This document shows positions 1-10,249 of a stretch of 32,829 nucleotides of DNA, piece by piece. Position 1 is the first letter of the stretch; every line of letters begins with the position of its first letter. The notes beneath the pieces are model-generated. The model was not told the DNA's origin, searched no databases, and saw nothing but the letters and a program-made list of their open reading frames with translations. The position numbers were made by a program, and so were the translations under genes. Source of the DNA: Podospora anserina (Eukaryota); NCBI GenBank assembly GCA_017654855.1, contig CM030336.1:4898001-4930829 (forward strand), read 5' to 3'.

Positions 1-171
1 CTGAGGTAAAGGACAATAAATAGAGACGTTCGTCCTCATATCCTTGGTTGATATTTCCAATCTCTAGTCTCCGTTTGCACATAAATCATGGTAAACTGTG
101 GAAGCCATCACTTGCTTTGAGTCTTTAGTTTAGATCTCCTCCTTACCTTGGCTATAATTCATCCCTCCTTC

Positions 172-676
172 ATGTCGGACTCGACGAATCCACCACAACG
201 CGCACCGAGACGCAGTCCAACGGACTCATCCTATGTAAAAACCCCCCGTCCGCAGCATCGCGGAGAGTTTCCCTTCATGCTAAAGGCTAACTGGAATAAA
301 GTACGACTGCGATGGCGTAGTGGCTAACAAGAACGATCCAAGTTCCAAGTCATGGCATTATGCTAGGGATGTCAGGGCGCAGGTCGCCGCTGAGCAGCCA
401 CAACATCCACGGGGATGGGGAAACCCATCATATTTCGGCGACAAAGCTGGCCTTCCTTTGGCAGCTTCGAAGCCCCTTACACATACTCCAATCGAACCTG
501 GGAGTTTGACTCCATATGTACCAGGGACTAAACCTGGAGCACACCGGGCAGTCTACAACGACACGAATAGAGCCGTGGTGGATGTGATTTACCACGATCC
601 CAACAAACCTCCAAAGAATGGCTCGAAGTTTGAGGAATTCTCCAAGGCGACTTATGTGGCGAAGGTGGTACCGTGA
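172..676 (+). CDS. Divergent RNase T1/barnase-fold (fungal guanyl-specific RNase-like) protein, ~145 aa, 2 exons (172-234, 302-676), no signal peptide
   Basis: ATG at 172. A 67-nt intron at 235-301 (GTAAAA...GCTAAC...AAG) joins exon 1 in frame to ORF 320..676. By eye, PGAHRAVYN matches T1 PGADRVVFN, DVIYH matches GVITH, LTHTPI matches YYEWPI, and YDCDG..YARDVRAQVAA matches YTCGS..YSSSDVSTAQAA. Confidence 0.7.
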
Positions 677-1337
677 TATTTGGATGTTTGGTAGATTCGA
701 TGATTACCTGCCTAAGTAGGCTGGTAGTCGGTATGGCTTTGTGAGAGCTCGGACTCAGCCTTCGGCATTGTTATAGATATTCTAGTGCTATTTGGATCTT
801 GGGAGTATGTATATATTGGTGTGATTTCTACGCTCTTTTTTACTAAGATTTCCTTTGTCTAGTAGATGAATTTACTTCTTTCACTTTGGCTCATTTCTGC
901 CTGCACAAATCTCCCGAGTAAGCAGAGTCTTTTACTTTCTAGAATATGGACACCCGGCAGATCCAGGCGCATTCATAGCCCGGCATTTGGTTCAGTGAAT
1001 ACCTTTTGTGTTTAGTATGACAATATGAGTTGGTTCATTGAAAGGAGCATTGCTCGATGGCTTGTGATAGGCTCCTGGGTGTATAGAGCATGATTATTCG
1101 CTCGTCACGCTCACCCAGTACCCCTGAATAAAGCAGGCAAATAACAAGGTGCAAAAAGCAAAAGATGATTTTGGTTTGGACTCAGATCTCTCCCCTTTTT
1201 TTCAACGGAATTGTGCCTTCTCTGACAGTCCATACTTGCCTCATCCGTTCTTACAATCGACACCCAGTTACCAGAGCAAACATAGCACCGGGCCACATTC
1301 CCCGATCAGATAAACAAGGAGTGACAGATCATCCAAG

Positions 1338-2187
1338 GTGGGGGGTAGTACCCGACCCCAGGTTTCGGGCCGAGGATGTCTGAACCAAGCTGCGGGGACC
1401 ACCCGGCACTGAGCTAGTGTGGCGCTCTAATCTCGGGGGCAGCAAGCCACTTTCCTGAAGGAACCATACATTAGTTGCAGGAAGCGAACGATTGTCAGGG
1501 ACTGTGCTCCCCTGTCTTTGCTTCCCAAGATCTGGAAAACACATGCAGGGGACGGTGCAGGACTCATGAACCAACCATAGGAACGGAACTTATCTGTGCC
1601 ACGTTTTTTCTGTCAGTCTATATCAGCTTGCTGCACAGATCGATGGCTTCTAAGAACGAACAAGACGAACAAAACAACCCGAGTTGTTGGGCCCCCGAAA
1701 CGTCAGCGAATTCAACAGTTGATGGTCCCATTTTCAAGTCAAACAAACAAAGCAACGGCGGCAGCACTCTCCGGCACGGACATCTGGAGACCGAACTGAC
1801 CCATAACAAGTTTGAGCGGTGAGCAAACCATCTTCGGTCAGAGATGATATGATTTCATCTTCAAGAACAAGGGAAGTGCAGAGCATGGATCGGGATCCCA
1901 AGGACAGGGTACAGCGTGGGGAAAAGAGTACCCAGCACCACCGACACGGAAGCGAACCGCCCGGGAATAACCTCACGAGGCCTGAATCCGGCAATGGATT
2001 ACCTACAATCCAGGGTCTTCTCCGCACACTAGCTCGCCCTAGCCCACAGCTCCCCACCGGCAGTTCAACTCTGAGAGTGGGAGCAGGTTACATTGAAATA
2101 GATGATAATGCTCGTGGTGCCTCAATACTCAACCTCGTTCGTTGGATCGACTCCATCTCTTCAACACAACCGTAACGATTTCTCCGC
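1338..2187. promoter_or_regulatory. Putative CreA/Cre1 (SYGGRG) carbon-catabolite repression sites upstream of the sugar transporter
   Basis: SYGGRG matches on either strand at 1338, 1392, 1784, 1916, 2020, 2052 and 2182. The motif is short and degenerate, so this is only modestly above chance. Confidence 0.3.
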
Positions 2188-2192
2188 TCGCC

Positions 2193-3945
2193 ATGTTGCC
2201 AAGACCGGCGTGGTTAACTAAGCCCTTCCTAGCCTCCCTCTTTTTGGGGATAGGGGGGTTTCTTTATGGATAGTGAGTCTGATGATCTAGGTCTCTTAAA
2301 GTAATGCGGACTGACTTCCCTTCAGCGACTCTGGAATCATCACCCCGAGTTTGGCGTTGGGTTCGTTCGTGACATACTTTGACAAGCCCGACGCGCCGCT
2401 TCGCGGTGCCATTGTGTCTGTGTATCAAGCTGGAGCTTGGTTGGGCAGTGCGTCAGTTGGTGTGACAAGTGACAGGTTGGGTAGGCGAAAGGCCATTGCT
2501 TTTGGGTGTATATGGGGCGTACTTGGAGGCGCACTCATGGCCGGCGCTGCCCATGTTGCCATGTGTAAGTTCCCTTGTCTCATGATGTCAACATACGCTG
2601 ATGAGCCGGTATTTCAAGTGATCATTGGTCGCCTTCTCGTCGGCTACGCGGTCGGGACCATTACCGGAGTTGCTCCTGTTTTTGGAGCAGAAATAGCCAA
2701 GACGCACGAGCGCGCAAAGATCACTGCGGTGAACCAGATGAGTGAGTGCCAACCTCTACGGGAGATACTGACCGGCGGCTGATCTTCCAACAGTGGTGGC
2801 CTGGGGCTTTTTCGTAGCCTTATGGGTAGGCGTGGGAGAAGGTAAATGGGGCAACGCGAACCAATGGAGACTCGGGTTTGCCATCCAGGCCATCCCCGCG
2901 CTCGTTCTCGGGGTCGGCGTCCTTTTCATCGGAGAGTCACCACGATGGCTCTGTCTCCAAGGCCGCTATAAAGATGCCGAGGAGACGTTCAACCGGTGGC
3001 ATCACGACGGAACAAACGATGAATGGTGCCGGACCGAGTTCGTCCTTATCCAGACCAGTATTGCTGAGGAGGTCGACACGCAACACCACCTCGGTTGGGT
3101 CGATCTCGTTCGCACCCCTTCTTTCCGGAAACGTCTTTTCGTCGGGTGCTTCGTCTGGGCTGCTGCCATGCTGTCTGGTATCAGCTTTGTCCAGTATTAC
3201 CAGACCGCCATCTATGCGACGCTGCAGTTCGACCAGGACCAACAGCTGCTGGTGAGCGGTTTGTACGGCTGTGTTGCCCCTGTTGCGTGCATTCTTTCGC
3301 TTTTCTTCGTCGACCGCGTTGGCAGGAAGAAGATCTTGGTTAGCAGCTCGGCCTTTCTGTCGGTGTCCTACATGATCATCACGATTCTTGCCGCCTTGTA
3401 CCCTGCGAGACCTGGTTTCCCGACCAACGCGGCAGCCCAGAAGGGCCTGATTGCCTGCATCTTCATGGTTTCAGCCAACTACTCGGCGTTATTGGGCCCC
3501 ATGACTTGGATCATTCCGTAAGTTTTTTCTTTCGAGATCTGTGACTGAGAAGGCTCAGACAGCTGACAGAGCTTGCAGGCCCGAAGTTTTCACCACGGAG
3601 CTCCGTGCCAAAGCAAACGCCGTCGTCCAGGTCCTGCACTACTCTATCAGCTTGATCATCACCCAGTGTTCGCCTATCGCGCTTGAGAGGGTGGGTTGGA
3701 AATATTATGTAAGTGTCAACGCCATAACTTCATATAACCGATCTATTGCCTGACACTCGCTACAGATCCTGTTTATCCTCACCAATGCTCTTTGTGCGGT
3801 TGTCTTTTGGCTTGCCTATCCGGAAACAAGAGGAAAGTCACTTGAGGAGATTGACGAAATATTCGGTGACATTGAGAGGAAGCGTGACGTTGAGGTTGAT
3901 GCTGTCGGGAATGTGGTAGTGGGGAAGGATGTCAATGAGAAGTAA
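2193..3945 (+). CDS. MFS sugar porter family transporter (Sugar_tr), ~491 aa, 6 exons: 2193-2272, 2326-2564, 2619-2741, 2794-3517, 3579-3708, 3766-3945
   Basis: Five GT-AG introns of 52-61 nt with CTGAC/CTGAT branch sites splice to one 1476-nt frame. Sugar-porter motifs: GFLYGYDSG, SDRLGRRK, IIGR..VG, GESPRWL, VDRVGRKK, PEVF...RAK, YPETRGKSLEEIDEIF. Confidence 0.95.
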
Positions 3946-4229
3946 GGGGCACTGTACTTGCTCAAAGTTAGATATGGATAAGCACATGGGATATTATCAA
4001 CGGTTGCGCAATGCTGTCATGAAAAGAAAGCTTTGCGCGAATACTATGGATTTATGCTCCAATCCATGATTCATTATACCATGACAAGTCGTAGAATTGG
4101 CTAAGGTATCTATAGAATATCTATCATATCAGTTATTCTCCGATGGATTGTAGTACAATCCGTTAAGAAACGCACCAAAAAAAACGCCCCACTTTGGAAA
4201 TAGGGGGTAGGATCCGTTAAGAATTCAGT

Positions 4230-5147
4230 TGTACGATCCGATAAGATCTTTCTTACCAAAATAAAAAAGAAAGATATTATTAGAATCGCCTAAACGAGCT
4301 GTATAGAATAATATAGGATATATTATTGTACGAGCGGTATAGAATGGTAAATAGTAAATGTAAAGTTAGGTATAAGTATATTAGTAATGTACGTAAATGG
4401 TAGGGTAAGTACGATCCGTTAAGAATTTAGTTGTACGATCCGATAAGATTTTCTTTATTAAGATAAAAAAAAAGTATATTATTAAAATTATTTAAACGAA
4501 CTGTATAGAATAATATAGAATATATTATTGTACGAATAGTATAAAATAGTAAATAGTAAATATAAAGTTAGGTATAAGTATGCTAGTAATATACGTAAAT
4601 AGTAAAGTAAGTATAATCCGTTAAGAACTTAGTTATATGATCCGATAAGATTTTCCTTACTAAAATAAAAAAAAAATATTATTAAAATCGTTTAAACGAG
4701 TTGTATAGAATAATATAGGGTGTACTATCGTACGAGTGGCGTAGAATTATAAATAATAGATGTGAAGTTAGGTGTGAAGTTAGGTATACGTAGGTTAGTA
4801 ATATGCGTAGAAAGTGTAGTTAAGTTAGGTAGTAAAATAGTAAGTTAGTTATATAATCCGATAGAATTTTTTTTATTAAAGTAAAAAATAAAGATATTAT
4901 TGGAATTACTTATATAAGTTATATAGAATAGTATAAGGTATATTATTGTACGAGCGGTATAAAATTATAAATAGTAAATATAAAGTTAAATATAAGTATA
5001 TTAGTAATATATATAAATAGTAACGTAAAGTTAAATAATAAAATGGTATATTGTACGATCTGATAAAAAATTTTTTATTAAAATAAAAAATAAAAATATT
5101 ATTAGAATTATTTGTACGAACTATATAAAAGAATATAGAATATATTT
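4230..5147 (+). repeat. ~202-217-bp tandem array (~4.5 units) of TLH element copy 1
   Basis: The (T)ACGATCCGATAAG anchor recurs at ~4234, 4437, 4639, 4855 and 5056, with similar intervening sequence. Confidence 0.85.
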
Positions 5148-5289
5148 TAATATAAAAAATATATAAATAATATTTAATAATATATTATAATATATTATAA
5201 TATATAATAAATATAAAATTAAATAAAAATATATTAATAATATATATAAATAATTAAGTATAGTTTATTTATAAAATAATATATTATAT

Positions 5290-5529
5290 TAATTTAAGGT
5301 ACGGTTATAGGCCTATAAATATTAATATATAAATAAAGCCTTTAGAGAATTAAATAGTTTAAAAGATATATATATAATTTTAATCCTTTAATTAATTTAA
5401 TCCGGTACTTATTTTATATAAAACCTAACCTAAAAGTAAGCTATTATTATATAAATATTTTTATCTAAAACTTTATTAAAGGTATTTTTATAGTATTATT
5501 ATTATTTTATATTTTTTTTCATTATTTTA
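5290..5529. mobile_element. Short (240-bp) solo LTR related to the Gypsy LTRs, inverted relative to them, heavily RIP-mutated
   Basis: Its reverse complement matches both LTR ends (ggcctatagccgtaccttaaacta; taaaatagtgagaaaacac...) and the internal aataagcaccggatt block. ATAT flanks it on both sides (5286-5289, 5530-5533). Confidence 0.7.
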
Positions 5530-5700
5530 ATATAATTTAATAAAGTTTTTTTTAAATAAAAAAGCATTATTAAAATTACTTTATTACGCTATATAATATA
5601 ATATAAATTATAATATTATATTATAAATTTATTTTATTAAAGTTATTAGTATATAGGAAATATTAAAGCCGATAATAAAAGTTATTTATATAATTAATTT

Positions 5701-5743
5701 TAAAAAATAAAAATAAAAATAAAAATAAAAATAAAAATAAAAA
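5701..5743. repeat. (TAAAAA)n microsatellite
   Basis: About 7 tandem copies of TAAAAA are directly visible. Confidence 0.8.
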
Positions 5744-5779
5744 ATATATATTAAATTTTTATTATCGTACGATATATTT

Positions 5780-6266
5780 AATTATTGGAATTATTAATAA
5801 CTATAAGCTCCTTAATCGCTCCCGTAACCTTTTATTTTCTTTACTCTCTTCCTTAACTTTAATACCGTTTTACTTAGCGGTATAAAAGTTATATTTACTC
5901 TTATAATCCTTTTACTTATAGTTATTATAAACACTACTTTAATACTTATCCGTCGTATAATAATCCTTAAAGGGCCCCCTATTAGGTTTATTAATATAAG
6001 TAATATAAAAAAAAGTAATTTCTAAATTACGGCTTTAGATTAAAACTATATTTAAGTAGTTCAGACGAGCTAATACTTTAGCCCCCTTTATTTTACTAAA
6101 AATATATTCGATATCGGCCGATAGTAAAGTCGAAATTACTTATTATATTTCCTATATATTTATAAAGAAAAGTATTATTATACGAATAAAATATATATTA
6201 ATATTAATATAGAAATTATTTATTAGCCTCTTAATATAAGGCTAATTAATATTAATAATCTTATAC
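5780..6266 (-). pseudogene. DUF3716-like gene relic of copy 1 (5' end displaced to 18142-18170 by the Gypsy insertion)
   Basis: Homologous to ~22990-23480. It shows the same RPSYLN.VLIQSR and C..CKW..H..CS remnants, with more RIP. Confidence 0.65.
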
Positions 6267-6630
6267 TAAAATAGTGAGAAAACACACAAAACAACCACAA
6301 CACCACAAATATACCCTCAACAGGTCTCAAAATGAACACACCTGCGTGACAGTGACTCGCTCGCAGGCCGCACTTCACGTAGGACAAAGAAAAGACACTA
6401 TAGGCTCGCAGGCCACATAATAAGCACCGGATTGGCCTGATCAGAGGGCCAGAATTGCCTGCACGCGTGTAAGGCACAAAAATACGAAGAAAAGAATAAA
6501 AGTCGATAATCTATCTAAAATAGAATGTCCGAAGCAAACCGCTTATATACATAACCCCTAAACCCCTAAGTCCTCTAAGAGCCCCGCTTCCTTACTTATA
6601 CTCTTAGGCCTATAGCCGTACCTTAAACTA
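6267..6630 (-). repeat. Gypsy 3' LTR
   Basis: 364-bp direct repeat of 17774-18137, differing essentially by transitions. The TG...CA termini are RIP-altered. Confidence 0.93.
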
Positions 6631-9600
6631 AACCTCCCTTCGCATTTAACTATTATAAACTAATAAGTAAATATATATATAAAAAAAAAATCCTTTATAA
6701 ATTAAAAAAAAAGAAAATATCGTTTAATAAAAAGAAGGGAAAACGATATAATCCTACTATCCCTTTATTTATTCTCCCTTAATTAAAGAGAAGAGTACCC
6801 TTACTTTTCGGATCTCAGAGTATACCTCCGTCCCTATCGAACTATCATAATTAGTAACCTAACGACTTCCTCCCTTCGTTTTTAAAGAACTTTAGGAGCC
6901 TACTCCTATCCTATAAAACTAGGTATATAATTAGACGAAAGGTATATTATTAACGATCCTAAATGGTTATAAATAGGGGAACGGGTAATTATAGGCTTAA
7001 AGAAGAGCGGCGAGTTTATTATTATAAAAGTATAAAATTTAAAGGGGGTTATTACCCTATTTAATCGTTAAGAATTACTCGATACGTTACTTAATTTAAA
7101 CCCTTTATAATTAAAGGGAAGACTCACGATATACTTATTTCCTTTAATAATAATAATTAAAACTAACGGAGAACTAAAAAGGAAAGTAAACCGGGGAATT
7201 AATAAAGATTTAAAAAGAAACGAGAAGGTATTTAGTAAGTTAAATCCTTTTACGTTTATTAAGTTCTTTAGGCCCTTCCTCCTTTATTTCTTATTATATA
7301 TCCTTTAATTAGGCTTATAACCTAAAAACCTTTTTATATAAATTATTTATAACCTTATTATTTTTTTCCTTATAATACCTATAGTCTTATAATCTTTATA
7401 ATAACGATCTCCTCTCTAAACCTTTATTACCGTTAAATCCTTCTTTTTACCATACAAAATACTTTTTTAAAAATAAATATAATAATATTTTAAAACTTAA
7501 AAACTATATTCCTACGCCCCGCCCTATTTACTATAAATTAGTCTCCTTACTTTTATATTAAAGCTATAGTAAAAAGCATAACGGATATAAGATACTAGGT
7601 AAGAAATAATATTAATTTAATACCCCTTTTAATCCTTCAACGAGTTTATATAAACTAAAATACTAATAGTAATATTATAGATACTTACTATTTAATAACT
7701 TCCGTTATTAATATAAATAGAAAGGATTTAATATCGTCGGTTAAAAACATTATAGTTATCGTTAAGTAAAAAAAAACGTATTAACGACTTTATTATAATA
7801 AGGTTTAAAGGCTCTTTAGAAATTTATATATAACGCTCGAGGATTTTTTAAAGAGAATACCGAAAAACGTAAGTAAGGACCGAGCTAATAAATTATTATT
7901 TAGTTTTTAATTAATTTTAAAAGTTATATATAGTATAAGTAAGGGAAGTTATATAAATACCGTAAATATAAGTCCGATTAGGGGGAATTATTATTTTTAA
8001 ATTAGGAAAAAGATATTTAATAATATTAATCGAAAACTATTTTACGAAAATAATATTAATTTAATCGGGCCGCCTTTTTATAATATAATTTTTTAGGTCG
8101 GTAATTAAGTTAAGGCTAAAACGAATAGGCTAAAGAGTATTATTACTTTAGGGAAAGAAAATGCTATGCGGGGAATTAGAGTTATAGACCTTATTAATAC
8201 TTTAAAGGCGTGCTTTTTAAATAATCTTTTTAACGAGATTATTAGGAGGACCGAATTTCTTAATAGTAATAAATTTTTTTTATAATATATTATAAATAGA
8301 CTTTATAAAAAGCGTTAATAATATTGTTTTATAAAAATTAAGAAGGAGTAGTATATAGTATAATCTATAATTAGAGGGTTATTGAGAGGGAAGTAAGGAA
8401 TTTTTTTAGAATAAAAAGTTAAAGAGGGAAAAAGGTTTTCGGTAAATCTTTATTCTTTATTATTTATTTAGCTTATAAAGTAAGATTATTAAATAGTTAC
8501 GTAAGCCGTTTAAGGAGGAAAGAGCGTTTTAATAAGTCTCCTTCCTATAGAGGTCTATAGGATTAGTCGTACCGTCCTATCTTTTAATTATAAATATTTA
8601 TATTAATTTTCTTTATTCTTATTTACTTTTTATTTTTTTTAATATTTATTAACCGCTTCCTTTTAATAGCCTTTTTTTTAAAGAAACTTATTACTTCGTT
8701 CGATTAAGCGGTTAACGACCTTACTATTTAAGTATTTATAACCTTTTTCGTTAAAAAACTTTTTAATTAGGTTAAAGGAGTCTTTAACCTTATTACGTAC
8801 GATTAGTCCGAAGTCGCTATAGACCCTATTTAAAAGCCTTTACTTATTACTTTTACTTATTATTTTACCGACCTTATTTATATTCCTAATAATTAAAGCG
8901 TTACTTATAAGAAGTATATTTAGGTTCGGCGTTTTACTTACGTTTATAACTTTACTATATTTAAAAGTATTAATATTTATTACGATATTTCTTTTCCTTA
9001 TTAAACTACTTTTTAATATTTTAAAATTTCCCCTTTAAATTCTAAATACATAATTACTCCCCTTTACTTTAAATAATTCCTTTTTAATTTAACGAAAAAG
9101 GGGGGTAAGAAAAAATAGTAATTACTTTTTAAGGATATTAATATAAATAAAATTATTATTAATTATATTTCTAAAGCGTTATTAACCGGTTCCGTTAAGC
9201 GGATTTTCGTTAAATAGTTTAATAAGTAGTTTTTCGGGCGTTAGTTCTTCGAAATTATTAAGCGGGCTTATCGCTTTAAAAGCTTATTTATTTAGGCTAC
9301 CGGGTTATTATAAGTACCGCCCCCCTAATTAAATTTAATTTAATATTAATATATTAAATTTAATTATATTAATTTATATAATAAGTGCGATTAAAATTAT
9401 TATTAGTTTTTCGTAACGTTTCCCGATAGGATTAAAACTAAAGTAATATAGCTATATTTCGGTTATATAAAAAAAAAGAACCTCGATTAGAAATACGGGA
9501 ATTATTAGTATAAAGGTATTTATTATTTATAGTTTAATATTAATAAGGATAACTTTTACTTTAAGGATTTTAGTAATAGTAGGTTATTAAAGTTGGATCG

Positions 9601-10249
9601 TAATACCGTAAGTTTAATTCCTAATAGTAAGGAAGTCGATTAGAATTAGGAATAAGAAAAATAGCGGGCTAAGTATAAAAAATTTAGGAAATAATAGATA
9701 GATAAGAAAAAGGAAAAAAAAAAAGAAAAAAAATAGTTTTTTATTTCTTTAGATTAAAGGAAGGGGTATAAAGAGAGGAGTAAATCGGAAAAAAAAATAA
9801 TAAGAAAAAAAAAAAAAAAAATTAAAAATTTAATATAATAATTTTTACTTTAATTAATTACTTCCCTTAATATCTTTCTTCCCTTTAAAAATAAATAATT
9901 TCTATAACTCTATTCTTATAATATAAGCTTTAATACCTTTTTAAAAAAAAATAATAATTATAATACTTTCGTTATCGTTTCTCTTTAATTACTTAAAAAG
10001 TCCTTTAGTTTACCCTTCTTTAAAACCACTTCTATACTTTTATTTTTTTTAAATCTTTTTTATACTTTAATATTCTTCCGTTCTATTTAAGTTTTTCCTT
10101 TAATTATTATTCTCTTTAGTATTTCTTTTACTATTTTTTTTTCTTTATTTTTATTTTTTACTATATCTATACCTTCCTTTACTCTATTTTTAAGTACCTA
10201 TTTAACTCTCCCTAGTCCTAACTATATATCTATATTCTTTTTATTTATA

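Noticed and set aside
1111-2175. Eight short overlapping ORFs on both strands
   Set aside because: No recognisable motifs or coherent exon structure. Most likely the transporter's promoter/intergenic region.
2340-3343. ORFs 2340..2534(-), 2878..3255(+), 2937..3242(-), 3095..3343(+)
   Set aside because: Alternative-frame or antisense shadows of the transporter CDS.
6223-6477. Duplicated small ORF MPYTRAGNSGPL... (also 17802..17984)
   Set aside because: It lies in the two LTRs, so the duplication is explained by LTR identity, and it runs into unrelated flank.
8560-9620. Nested Fot1/pogo DDE transposase inside the Gypsy
   Set aside because: No DETG or DGH motifs and no TIRs could be read. Kept only as an unassigned relic ORF.
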